Position numbers and translations under genes: made by a program | Shown: one piece after another, positions 36,455 through 45,614 of the stretch | Layout of the letters: each line of letters opens with the position of its first letter | Numbering within the stretch: position 1 is the first letter of the stretch | The notes under the pieces: model-generated | Told to the model about the DNA's origin: nothing | Databases searched by the model: none | The model's input: only the letters and a program-made list of their open reading frames with translations | NCBI GenBank assembly: GCA_947482665.1 | Contig: CANKJK010000009.1 | Coordinates: forward strand, 1,603 to 65,602 | Source: Acidobacteriota bacterium | GTDB taxonomy: Bacteria; Acidobacteriota; Vicinamibacteria; Vicinamibacterales; UBA2999 | Direction of reading: 5' to 3' | DNA: 64,000 nt

Positions 36455-36491
36455 CTTCCTCACTATCCGCGCCGTTCTCACTAGCCGCAGC

Positions 36492-38042
36492 TTAGTCTTT
36501 CTTGACCTGCACACCGAAGTTGAACCGCGACGCGGCGTCTTCGTTCGTCTCCGCCTTCAGTCCCTTGGCCAGCATCATGTCGCGCAGCAGCGCGATGAGC
36601 TCCGGGCGCTTTCCGATCATCCCGATGAAGTTGTCCTCGCCGTTGGCGATCTGGATGGCTAGCAAGCCGCGCTTGTTCTTCAGATCGAGCTTCGCGCCCG
36701 CGTCCACGAGGACCCGGATGATCTCGGTCGAGTTGCGATGCATGGCGCCGTGGAGAGCCGCCTCGCCCGTCTTGTTCAGCTCATTGACGTCGAACGTGCC
36801 TTTGCCGAGTTCCAAGGCGAGCTTCAACGCCGCCAGTCCCTCGGCATCCGTGCCGCTGTCCTCGTTCGGGTTAAACATGTCGACACCCGCGGCCACCATG
36901 ACGGCGTTGCTGCCGGATGCGTTCTTGTGGAAGACATCCGCGCCGTGGTCCGCCAGCAACCGCATCATCTCGGTATCGCCGCCCTTGGCCGCGAGCAGGA
37001 ACGGCGTGGCCTTGGGGCCGAAGAACCCGCGCCAGCCGTCATTGAAGCCCTTCTCAGTCAGAGCATCCACCTTGGCGCCTGCCTTGAGCAGCTTCTGCGC
37101 GACCTCGATGCTCGTCGTCGACCCTTTTTGCAACGGGTGTGGGAACTGCCCGATGTTGAGATTCCGAATCCTGACGAGTTGAATGAGCGGCGTCCAGCCG
37201 GGCGTGTCGTGATTGACGTCGGCACCCTTGTCGATGAGATACGACGCGGTGTCGAAGGCCGCGTTTGCCAGCGCCAACGTCAGCAGGCTCAGACCGTTGA
37301 TCGTCTCTTCGTTGAGGTTCGCGCCCGCCTCGACCAGTGCTTTCACCGCCTCGGTGTGTCCGGCGCGCACGGCGAACTGCACCGCCTTGAACGGGTCCAC
37401 GCGCTGCGCCACGCGCTTGTAGATACTGGCGCCCTCGGTAATCTCCTTGGGCACGTTCGGACCACGAGAGACGAGATTGATGTCGGCGCCCTTCTGGATG
37501 AGCACCTGCACGACATCGGCATGCCCTTCAGCCGCCGCCCACATCAGCGCCGTCTGACCACGCGTGGACTCGGCCGCATTGACCTTGGCGCCATTCTCGA
37601 GCAGCACCTTGACCACGTCGACCTTCCCGGTTCGGGACGCTGTCATCAGCGGTGTTTCGCCGCCAGTCGTGCCTGCATTCACATCCGCGCCGGCCTTGAC
37701 CAGCCGCGCCACGACGGCGGGATTCCCGCCCTCCACGGCCAGCGCCAACGGCGCGACGCCATAGGCGTTCACCGTGGTGGCTTTGGCGCCGGCCTGGAGC
37801 AGCAGGTCCACCAGCTCCACGTCCCCACGGTAGGCCGCCCAGTGCAGTGCCGTCGAGCCGTCGACATCGGTGGCGTTGACGTCCGTCTTCTGCAGCACCA
37901 GGGCACGCGCCTGTTTCGTGTTGCCGCTCTTGACGGCGTCCACAATCGCCGCAGACCGGGCCGCGGCCGACGTGCCGACGGGCAGTGCCAGCAGCGCCGC
38001 CATCGGCAGCGCCCACACCAGAGTCGTCCGGATGCGCATCAT
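36492..38042 (-). CDS. exported ankyrin-repeat protein (module copy 1)
   Basis: Signal peptide MMRIRTTLVWALPMAALLALPVGTSAAA, then tandem ankyrin repeats (e.g. GSTALHWAAYRGDVELVDLLLQAGAKA, GETPLMTASRTGKVDVVKVLLENGAKVN, GQTALMWAAAEGHADVVQVLIQKGADIN). The start is 7 nt after the DUF1552 stop. Confidence 0.9.
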   Translation of the reverse strand: MMRIRTTLVWALPMAALLALPVGTSAAARSAAIVDAVKSGNTKQARALVLQKTDVNATDVDGSTALHWAAYRGDVELVDLLLQAGAKATTVNAYGVAPLALAVEGGNPAVVARLVKAGADVNAGTTGGETPLMTASRTGKVDVVKVLLENGAKVNAAESTRGQTALMWAAAEGHADVVQVLIQKGADINLVSRGPNVPKEITEGASIYKRVAQRVDPFKAVQFAVRAGHTEAVKALVEAGANLNEETINGLSLLTLALANAAFDTASYLIDKGADVNHDTPGWTPLIQLVRIRNLNIGQFPHPLQKGSTTSIEVAQKLLKAGAKVDALTEKGFNDGWRGFFGPKATPFLLAAKGGDTEMMRLLADHGADVFHKNASGSNAVMVAAGVDMFNPNEDSGTDAEGLAALKLALELGKGTFDVNELNKTGEAALHGAMHRNSTEIIRVLVDAGAKLDLKNKRGLLAIQIANGEDNFIGMIGKRPELIALLRDMMLAKGLKAETNEDAASRFNFGVQVKKD

Positions 38043-38049
38043 GGCTCCC

Positions 38050-39381
38050 CTAGATCTCCTGGCGGCCCGTGCTGTCACCGAGGCTGTCGAGGTGGACGTC
38101 CACCTTGTCGAGCACCGTCAGGCACAGGTTCATGAAGGGATCATCGAACGTGGCGCGGACGTGCGCGCCCGGCTTGTGCGCGCCGCCGGCTCCTCCCAGC
38201 AGCACGACGGGCAGATTGTGCGGGCTGTGCATGTTGCCGTCGCCCATGCTGCCGCCCACCAGGATCATCGAGTGGTCGAGCAGCGACCCATCGCCGTCCG
38301 GCGTATTCGCGAGCTTCTCGGCCAGGTGGGAGATGAGCTTCATGTGGTAGGTGTCGATCTTCGACTTCTTCTCGATATTCTCGGCCCTGTTGCCGTGGTG
38401 CGAGATGTCGTGGTGCGCCTCGGACACGCCCACTTCAGGATAGGACCGCAGGCTCAGTTCACGCGCCAGCTGGAAGGACACCACGCGGGTCATGTCCGTC
38501 CGATAGGCCAGCGCCATCAGGTCGAACATCAGGTTCGAGTGGTCTTCAAAGACGGCCGGAATGCCAAAGGGCTTCTCGATGGTCTCGGCGGCCGACGCCG
38601 CGCGCGCCCCAGTGGCCTGAATGCGCCGCTCGACGTCGCGCACCGCGTCCAGATACTCGTCCATCGTCAGGCGGTCACTGGGACCGACAGACTTCTGCAG
38701 CCGCGCCAGGTCGCCCGTCAGGGAGTCGAGGATGCTGCGGTCGCGGCGCAGGCCGGCCATGCGCGCCGCACCGGGACCTCCGTCGCCGAAGAGCCGCTCG
38801 AACACGACGGCCGGGTTGGTCTCCATCGGCAGCGGCCGGTTGGCCGCCGCCCAGGAGAACGTGTTGATGTAGGTGCAGCTGTAGCCGCCCTCACAGCCGC
38901 CCACGACGAAGTTCGGCTCAAGCGCCAGCTCCAGCGACCGGAGCGGCGTCTCCTTACCGAGTACTTCCGCGGCAAACTGGTCCGCCGTGCGGCCCGCGCT
39001 CAGATCGGCGTTCTCGGTGCGCTTCACCCGCACGCCGTTCAGCCAGCAGCCGCTGACGCGCGAGTGCGGCCCCGAGCCGGCATCCAGCGGATCGCCGGGC
39101 TTGTTGGCCAGCCCTGTCACGACGGTCATCTGATTCCGGAACTTTTCGAGCGGCTTGAGGATCGGCGTGATGGTGTAGTTGCGCCCCGCCTCCGCCGGCA
39201 CGAAGTCCTTCACGATCATGCCGTTCGGCATGTAGATCGCGCCGAAGCGCTTGGCGGGCAGGGCCGCGGCGCCCGCGCGCACCGCCGGAACCATCGCGTC
39301 GAGGAACGGCAGCGCCACCGTGGCGCCGATGCCGCGCAGAACCGTACGCCTGGGCAGAGCGGTTTTCGTCACGAACATCAC
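38050..39381 (-). CDS. DUF1552-family protein with twin-arginine signal (module copy 1)
   Basis: MMFVTKTALPRRTVLRGIGATVALPFLDAM. Family-typical blocks YSCTYINTFSW, NPAVVFERLFG, EYLDAVRDVERRIQ, HHDISHHG, TPDGDGSLLDHSMI and NLPVVLLGG. Confidence 0.85.
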   Translation of the reverse strand: MMFVTKTALPRRTVLRGIGATVALPFLDAMVPAVRAGAAALPAKRFGAIYMPNGMIVKDFVPAEAGRNYTITPILKPLEKFRNQMTVVTGLANKPGDPLDAGSGPHSRVSGCWLNGVRVKRTENADLSAGRTADQFAAEVLGKETPLRSLELALEPNFVVGGCEGGYSCTYINTFSWAAANRPLPMETNPAVVFERLFGDGGPGAARMAGLRRDRSILDSLTGDLARLQKSVGPSDRLTMDEYLDAVRDVERRIQATGARAASAAETIEKPFGIPAVFEDHSNLMFDLMALAYRTDMTRVVSFQLARELSLRSYPEVGVSEAHHDISHHGNRAENIEKKSKIDTYHMKLISHLAEKLANTPDGDGSLLDHSMILVGGSMGDGNMHSPHNLPVVLLGGAGGAHKPGAHVRATFDDPFMNLCLTVLDKVDVHLDSLGDSTGRQEI

Positions 39382-39389
39382 GAAGCCTC

Positions 39390-41792
39390 CTACTGAGCGG
39401 CGGCGCCTGCGCGCCGCATCTGGAACGGAACACTCTTGACGACACCCGCGACCAGCGCCGAGAGCTTCAGGCCACCGGGCTTGGCGTCACGGACAATCTG
39501 ACGGACCGCCGGCATGTCGGTCGGCTCCAGCCCGCGCCCGAGCGCGTAGATCATCATCTTCTTCGTCACCGTCGTCGAGAAGATCTCGGGTTCGCGCAGC
39601 AGCATCTGCCGGAAGCCGGCAAAGCCGTCGAACTTGCTGCCATCGGGCAGCGTCCCCGAAGCGTCGACGGGCTTCTTGGACTCGTCCATCGTGCGGTACT
39701 GGCCGACGGCATCGAAGTTTTCCAGCGCGAAGCCGAGCGGGTCGATCATCGAGTGGCAGCCCGCGCACACCACGTTCGCGCGGTGCGAGGCCATGCGCTC
39801 GCGCACCGACGGCATCTTGTTCTGCGTGCCGGCTTCGTCTTCCTTGAGCGGCGGTACGTTGGCTGGCGGGTCCGGGGCGGGCGTGCCGAGGATGTTGTCC
39901 AGAATCCACTTGCCACGGAGCACGGGCGAGGTGCGATTCGGCCGAGACGTCACCGTCAGGATGCTCGCGTGCCCGAGCAGCCCGCTGCGGTTGCCGGTCA
40001 GCTTCACGCGCTGGAACTGGGTGCCGTAGATCTTCGGCATGCCGTAGTGCTTGGCCAGCCGGCCGTCAACGAAGGTGTAGTCCGCCGAGAGCAGCTCCAT
40101 CACGCTGCGGTTCTCACGCAGCACGCTGCCGAAGAAGAGCTCTGTTTCCCTCCGGGCCGAGGCGCGGAGCGAATCGTCGAAGTTCGGGAACTTCGGCATG
40201 TCCGGGCGCTGCGCATCCAGGTTTCGCAGCATCAACCACTGACCGGCAAAGTTCTCGATGAGTTCATTGGAACGTCGGTCGGCGAGCATCCGGCGCACCT
40301 GCTGCTCCAGACCTGCCGGGGTCGACAACTGCCCCGTCTCCGCGGCCCGCAGCAGGGCCTCATCGGGAATACTGCTCCACAGGAAGAACGACAGCCGCGA
40401 GGCGAGTTCGATATCGGTCAGCCGGTAGTTGGTTCCGGGCTTGGCAGTCGGCCGGTCCTTCTCGACCCGGTAGAGGAACTCCGGACTGACCAGGAGCCTT
40501 GTGACGGCCGCTTCGAGGCCCACATCAAATCCCGCGTCTTTCGCCTCCGACCGGTAGACCTCCATGATGGGGTCCAGGTCGGCGGCCGCAACTGGACGCC
40601 GGTAGGCGCGGCGCGCCAGCTTCGCCACGATCGACCGCGCGCAGGGTTCCTGCTCGGCCTTAGTCTTCGGGGTGCAAGTCACCAGACGTTGCCGCACAGC
40701 CGCATGCCCGGGGCCCTTGGCGTTAAAGGGACCGACCACGGTCACCACATCCAGATAGGGCTGGTAGATGGTGTTGTTCGGCTGGCCGATCACGCCGTTC
40801 AGGAAGTACGGCCGATCAAAGCGCTCGATGACCGAGTCGATCTCCCGAATGCTGGGCAGTTTGAGGAACGTGACACCAATCGCGTGTGACCCGGCCGAGA
40901 GCGGCAGCCGCAGCTTCCACGTCCGCTCCTGTGGCGGACGCATGTCCTTGCGCGGCTCCAACGTGAACGACGTCACCCGTTCGCCGTCGATGAGTACTAG
41001 CAGCGTGTGTTCATCGGGAAACCCGACACTGCCGTCGCACTCCCCGCCCAGGCGGCACATCAGGTCGACGCGCAGCTCGTACTCGGCATCCTGCGGAAAA
41101 TCGTGCCGGAACAGCAGTCCCCCGCGCGTGCCGAACGGCAGGCCTTCCGCGCGCTCGTTCTGGTGCGCGCTTTCCTTGACGCGATACTCGTAGGAGGCCG
41201 GCGCCGGGGGCGCGGTGCCGAGCGCGGCGCGACTGATGCGGCGCGCGGCCGACAGGTACTGTTCAAGGCGTGATTGGCTGATCTTCAGCACGCCGGCGAT
41301 ATTGTCGAAGCCATAGCTGGCATCGTCGGCTGGCAGATACGGCGTGACGTCCATTTCCAGGCCGAAGAGTTCCCGGATGGCGTTCCGATACTCGGCGCGG
41401 TTGAGGCGATGGAAGGTCTCGGTGCGGCCCGGATTCGGCGACGCGGCGGCCTTCTTGTCGAGTTCGCGCTCCAGGTAGCCGACAAAGGCATCCTTCTGCG
41501 TGGCCTCAGGACGCGGGAGGCCTGACGGCGGCATGAGACCGGCCTTGACCTTCGCAACAACCTTTTCCCAGACCTCGGGATGGTCGGCAGGCTTCCCGAC
41601 ATCCACGCCTTCAAGTGAGAGGCGGCCCGCATTGGCCTTGTTCCGCTCGTTGTGACACGTGATGCAGTTCTTCTGCAACAGCGCCTGATGCACCGAGGTC
41701 TCGGCCGGCGCGGCCGGCGCCTGGGCTGCGTGCACGGGTACCGCCAGCATCAGGGCCACGACGAGGCCCGACGCCGCCACAACTCGCTTCAT
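39390..41792 (-). CDS. dihaem cytochrome c of the DUF1592/DUF1588/DUF1585/DUF1587/DUF1595 multi-domain family (module copy 1)
   Basis: Signal peptide. CITCH (41652-41666) and a second CxxCH in CAGCHSMIDPLGFALENFD. Blocks FHRLNRAEYRNAIRELFG, LPADDASYGFDNIAGVL, LASRLSFFLWSSIPDE and RTSPVLRGKWILDNILGTP. SD GGGAGAG lies upstream. Confidence 0.85.
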   Translation of the reverse strand: MKRVVAASGLVVALMLAVPVHAAQAPAAPAETSVHQALLQKNCITCHNERNKANAGRLSLEGVDVGKPADHPEVWEKVVAKVKAGLMPPSGLPRPEATQKDAFVGYLERELDKKAAASPNPGRTETFHRLNRAEYRNAIRELFGLEMDVTPYLPADDASYGFDNIAGVLKISQSRLEQYLSAARRISRAALGTAPPAPASYEYRVKESAHQNERAEGLPFGTRGGLLFRHDFPQDAEYELRVDLMCRLGGECDGSVGFPDEHTLLVLIDGERVTSFTLEPRKDMRPPQERTWKLRLPLSAGSHAIGVTFLKLPSIREIDSVIERFDRPYFLNGVIGQPNNTIYQPYLDVVTVVGPFNAKGPGHAAVRQRLVTCTPKTKAEQEPCARSIVAKLARRAYRRPVAAADLDPIMEVYRSEAKDAGFDVGLEAAVTRLLVSPEFLYRVEKDRPTAKPGTNYRLTDIELASRLSFFLWSSIPDEALLRAAETGQLSTPAGLEQQVRRMLADRRSNELIENFAGQWLMLRNLDAQRPDMPKFPNFDDSLRASARRETELFFGSVLRENRSVMELLSADYTFVDGRLAKHYGMPKIYGTQFQRVKLTGNRSGLLGHASILTVTSRPNRTSPVLRGKWILDNILGTPAPDPPANVPPLKEDEAGTQNKMPSVRERMASHRANVVCAGCHSMIDPLGFALENFDAVGQYRTMDESKKPVDASGTLPDGSKFDGFAGFRQMLLREPEIFSTTVTKKMMIYALGRGLEPTDMPAVRQIVRDAKPGGLKLSALVAGVVKSVPFQMRRAGAAAQ

Positions 41793-41916
41793 GCGTGCTC
41801 TCCCGAAATGGACTGGCTCAAACCACGCTCATTCTCCGTGCCCACGGCGGGCCGGCGCAATTGGTTCCTGTCAGGAAACCAGCCAAGCCTTCGGCCGGAT
41901 TCCGCCTCAGAAACAA

Positions 41917-41946
41917 CGAGCCGGCCCCTGATGAGGAGCCGGCTCG
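41917..41946 (-). terminator. rho-independent terminator candidate after the aldolase gene
   Basis: CGAGCCGGC-(12 nt)-GCCGGCTCG is a 9-bp stem 46 nt downstream of the stop at 41992. On the minus strand it is followed by TTGTTTCTG. Confidence 0.55.
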
Positions 41947-41991
41947 CGGACGTGCCTGTCTGGTCGCCCATCGCCGGGCGGGGCCTGGATT

Positions 41992-42936
41992 CTACTGGGC
42001 CTTGCGGACGGCCTCGATCATCGACGCCGGACCTGCCGTCACGCCGCCGATACGGCCGACCTCGATGTAGCGCCAGCCTTCCTTCACACGCTTCGCGGCA
42101 TCCGCGGCATTCGTGGGGTTGATGCCGCAAACAACGTTGTGCGCCTTGCACGCGACCAGGAGCTTCTGGCGCGCGACTTCGAGTTCGGGGGCGCCGCTCG
42201 GCAAGCCGTAGGACGCCGCCAGATCCTGCGACGCGGCCACCCAGATCACGCCGACGCCGGGCGTCGCCGCGATGGCGTCGATGTTGTCCACGCCCTCCAC
42301 CGACTCGATCATCATGATCGCGAGCAGATCGCCTTCGGGATTGAGAGGCCACAGATCCGCATGGCTGCGGTAGTCATCGACTCCCCAGATCCAGGTGGCC
42401 CACTCGGGACCAATCCCCCGGATGCCGCCGGGCTCCTTGTATTTCGAGTCTCGCGCCGGCGGGTAGCGCATGCTCCTCACCGCCGTCAGCGCCTGCTGGG
42501 CGTTGTCGACGGTGTTAAAGGCGATGCCCATCAGCCCAAGGTCCAGCGCCTGCTTGGACACCCACTGCACCTGATCCCGCCCGTAGGGCGGAAAGCGCGC
42601 CACCGCCGCCACGTTGGGCTGGGCATTGCCCTTCTTGACGATGGTGCGCTTGTCAGTCATGCCGAGCAGGAAGTCACGCAGCCCGGAAAAGTCCATGGGC
42701 GTGTGCTCCATGTCGATCCGGACGAAGTCGGCATTCGCTTGTGCGACGGTGCGGGCGTTCTCCATCGAGAGATCGCCGGTGCTGATCCCAACCACCGTGC
42801 CGCCCGCGGCGAGCTTCGCGATGATCGGATTGACGTGGAGGCGCGGTTGCTGGGCAGACGGCACAGCCAGCCCCACCACCAGCGCCAAGAGGGCGGCCAG
42901 CGGCAGGATCAGCGGAAGACGACGAAGGTTCGCCAC
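41992..42936 (-). CDS. HpcH/HpaI-family aldolase with an N-terminal signal/anchor
   Basis: GTG start 9 nt after the NHL gene stop. MANLRRLPLILPLAALLALVVGLAVPSAQQ, then ADFVRIDMEHTPMD and MMIESVEGVDNIDAIAATPGV, which are typical of HpcH/HpaI/citrate-lyase-beta aldolases. Confidence 0.8.
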   Translation of the reverse strand: MANLRRLPLILPLAALLALVVGLAVPSAQQPRLHVNPIIAKLAAGGTVVGISTGDLSMENARTVAQANADFVRIDMEHTPMDFSGLRDFLLGMTDKRTIVKKGNAQPNVAAVARFPPYGRDQVQWVSKQALDLGLMGIAFNTVDNAQQALTAVRSMRYPPARDSKYKEPGGIRGIGPEWATWIWGVDDYRSHADLWPLNPEGDLLAIMMIESVEGVDNIDAIAATPGVGVIWVAASQDLAASYGLPSGAPELEVARQKLLVACKAHNVVCGINPTNAADAAKRVKEGWRYIEVGRIGGVTAGPASMIEAVRKAQ

Positions 42937-42945
42937 GTGAGCGCC

Positions 42946-43932
42946 CTACTTCTTCCGGGTGAACTTCCGCCAGTTGTGGCGGAACACCTCACCCACGTAG
43001 AAGCTGCCGTTGTTGTCGGCGGCCAGCCCTTCAGCCCACACATCCTTGACGATGCCCGTCACCTGGAGCGTCTTGGCGCTGCCCACGTAGACCTGGTTCT
43101 TGGCGCAGCAGACATACATCGTGTCGTCAGAGGTGATCGCGATGCCTGCCGGCCCACCGAACGCCTTCGTCTCCTGGAGGAAGTTCCCGTCCTTATCGAA
43201 GATCTCGATGCGGCCGTTCGAGCGGTCGCCCACGAAGAGGCGCCCCTGCGAGTCCCACGCCAGCGTATGTGGCGACGCGAACTCACCCGGGCCATTGCCC
43301 TTCTTGCCGAAGATCTTGATGAGCTTGCCGTCCTTCGTGAACATGTGGATGCGGCCGTTCGGATGGTCGCCTTCGTGGCCGTCTGTCACGTAGATGGTGC
43401 CGTCCTTGCCGGTGATGACATCCGCCGGGCACTCGAACTGATCGGTGCCGGACCCGGGCTGCCCGATCTTGCCGAGCGTCATCAGCAGCTTCCCCTTCGG
43501 ACTGAACTTGTAGACGGCGTGGCCCTTGCCGGAAGCCTTGGCCTTCACGTCCGGCAATTGCAGTTGCGACTGAGAACCCGCGCTCGGGCCAATCGTGCAG
43601 TCCGTGGCCCAGATGTTGTTCTGGCGGTCGACGTGCAGGCCGTGCGCCCACACGAACATGTCGTTGCCGAAGGACCGGAGGACCTTGCCGGACGGGTCCA
43701 TCACGAACAGGGCCGGGCTGGACCGCCGCAGGTAGTACACGTTGCCCTTGGCGTCGGTGTCGACGCCGGCAGGCTCCCAGTTGAAGTCGCCGACCTTCTC
43801 GGGACCCCAGTTCGGGACTTCCGTGTAGGGCGCGTCTGGAATCTCCTGTCCGACCAGGGTGGCGAGGCTCAACGCCACGATTCCGACCAGGATAGCCACG
43901 CTTCCGCTTCTCCGAACGAACGTGCTGCTCAT
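42946..43932 (-). CDS. exported NHL-repeat six-bladed beta-propeller (peptidyl-alpha-hydroxyglycine lyase-like)
   Basis: ATG 43932 is preceded by GGAGAA. Anchor SVAILVGIVALSLATLVG. NHL-type blades (HGLHVDRQNNIWATD, PADVITGKDGTIYVTDG, PHTLAWDSQGRLFVGDRSNGRIEIFDKDGNFL). Confidence 0.75.
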   Translation of the reverse strand: MSSTFVRRSGSVAILVGIVALSLATLVGQEIPDAPYTEVPNWGPEKVGDFNWEPAGVDTDAKGNVYYLRRSSPALFVMDPSGKVLRSFGNDMFVWAHGLHVDRQNNIWATDCTIGPSAGSQSQLQLPDVKAKASGKGHAVYKFSPKGKLLMTLGKIGQPGSGTDQFECPADVITGKDGTIYVTDGHEGDHPNGRIHMFTKDGKLIKIFGKKGNGPGEFASPHTLAWDSQGRLFVGDRSNGRIEIFDKDGNFLQETKAFGGPAGIAITSDDTMYVCCAKNQVYVGSAKTLQVTGIVKDVWAEGLAADNNGSFYVGEVFRHNWRKFTRKK

Positions 43933-44098
43933 GCCGTTTCTCCGTCTCGTGTCGAGGCGAATCCGCCGGTATCGGCGGTCCGCGGACCGTGTGGTCCTCA
44001 CATCTGACAGAGGGATAGTAGCCGAGGGACCGGCGTTCCGGTGGACCTACCCGAATCTCGGTATGACACAGGAACGACACCGCGAGACTGGAGGCTCG

Positions 44099-44578
44099 AT
44101 GGCCACCTGGGCTACGCTGGGCCGCGTGAACAGTCTCCGGTTTGCCGGCGCTCTCGGCGTGGCCAGTCTGCTCGCGCTGTTGCCATCCACCTCTGGCGCA
44201 ATCAGCGGTGCGGCTCAGGCAGCCAGCGTGCTTGACGGGGTCTACACCACCGAGCAGGCGGAACGCGGGCAGTCACTCTACCGGCGGCACTGCACCTACT
44301 GCCACCATGACGACCTGCTGGGCGGTGAGGATCTGAAAGTCGTGCCGCCGGCCCTGGTTGGCCTGGCCTTCAGCGACCGATGGGTCGGCAAGCCCATTGC
44401 CGAACTGTTCCAGGTCCTGTCCACCACTATGCCCTGGGAACGCACCAAGCTGGCGCCTGCTGCATACGCAGACGTCATCAGCTATCTCCTCAAGGAGAAC
44501 GGCTATCCCGCGGGCCGGCAGGAACTCCCGGCCGACCTGGCGAGACTGGGCGCCATTCGCATCGTCGCCACCCGCTAG
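44099..44578 (+). CDS. exported monohaem c-type cytochrome
   Basis: ATG 44099 is preceded by GGAGG. Signal peptide. Haem motif CTYCH within GQSLYRRHCTYCHH. A distal Met candidate lies in STTMPWE. Confidence 0.8.
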   Translation: MATWATLGRVNSLRFAGALGVASLLALLPSTSGAISGAAQAASVLDGVYTTEQAERGQSLYRRHCTYCHHDDLLGGEDLKVVPPALVGLAFSDRWVGKPIAELFQVLSTTMPWERTKLAPAAYADVISYLLKENGYPAGRQELPADLARLGAIRIVATR

Positions 44579-44665
44579 TCATCCCGGTTGCCGGGCCAGG
44601 GCACCGGAATCCGCGTGGTACACTCACGTTCGGCCCCAGGGACGTCCCCGGAGCGAACCGCCCGC

Positions 44666-45574
44666 ATGGATGCAACCGACATCGCCGCCCAAGCCGAGGA
44701 GCGGCGCGCCATCCGAAAGACGACCGTCGCGGCGCGCTGCGCATATACGGCCGCCCGCCGTGCCGCCAACCGCGAGCGCGACCAGGAGCGCATCGCATGG
44801 GCGGAGCAGTACGAAGGCACGCTGGCCATTCCGCGGGCGGACGGCTACCTGCGGGTTCCGCCCGGTCCGCTCTCGGACGTTGTGGACCCGGTACTCGCGA
44901 CCGGCAACGCCCTCATCGAGTCGATTGGCCACGACGCACTGGTGCGGGGCGGGGGCAAGGGCGACTTCATCGCCCGCGAGTTCCTCCCTGCGTCCGCCTT
45001 TGCGCTCGACTCCCCGTACTTCCAACTGGCCCTCGACCCAAGAGTCATTGGTCCCATTGCCGCCTACCTCGGCGTGGTCCCTGTGCTGACCGAACTGGAT
45101 CTCTGGTACTCCGTGTACCACCCGAAGGCGCCCAAGAGCTCTCAACTCTGGCACATGGACCCGGAAGACACGACTCAGATCAAACTATGGGTCCACCTGA
45201 GCGACATCGGCCCGCTGTCGGGTGCGCTCACGGGCCTCAACGCCACGGACTCCGCCGTGGTGGCTGACGCGGTGCAGTACAACTACGGCGACGGCTATCG
45301 CGTGCCTGACGACGGAGTATCCGCGGTCTTTGGCCCGGAGCGGCTGGTGGCATTCGAGGGTCCTGCTGGTTGTGCGGACTTCATCGACACGAGCCGGTGC
45401 TTTCACTTTGGCAGCCGGGTGAGTCCCGGCGGAACGCCGCGGCGCGCCCTGATGATTCAGTATCAGACGCCATACGCGTTCAAGTTCACCAACTTTCGCA
45501 AGGAAGCGCCGTACCGGGCCCTTGCGACCTCATCAAGCACCCTGCTCGAACAACTCGTGCTCGGCGCGGCGTGA
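44666..45574 (+). CDS. PhyH-like 2-oxoglutarate/Fe(II) oxygenase-fold protein (tentative)
   Basis: Candidate facial triad: HxD in QLWHMDPED, and a distal His plus Arg in SRCFHFGSRVSPGGTPRRAL. No signal peptide. Start chosen at ATG 44666 (TTG 44588 is possible). Confidence 0.45.
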   Translation: MDATDIAAQAEERRAIRKTTVAARCAYTAARRAANRERDQERIAWAEQYEGTLAIPRADGYLRVPPGPLSDVVDPVLATGNALIESIGHDALVRGGGKGDFIAREFLPASAFALDSPYFQLALDPRVIGPIAAYLGVVPVLTELDLWYSVYHPKAPKSSQLWHMDPEDTTQIKLWVHLSDIGPLSGALTGLNATDSAVVADAVQYNYGDGYRVPDDGVSAVFGPERLVAFEGPAGCADFIDTSRCFHFGSRVSPGGTPRRALMIQYQTPYAFKFTNFRKEAPYRALATSSSTLLEQLVLGAA

Positions 45575-45614
45575 CGCTACGCCAGCCGCGCCGCCGCACC
45601 GCGGAGGACTAGAC

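Noticed and set aside
42139-44007. 622-aa plus-strand ORF over the aldolase and NHL genes, and the similar 629-aa ORF at 46671-48560 over ankyrin copy 2
   Set aside because: Both are antisense to genes with strong repeat or motif signatures (HpcH aldolase, NHL blades, ankyrin repeats). Both are Arg/Gly/His/Asp-rich low complexity.
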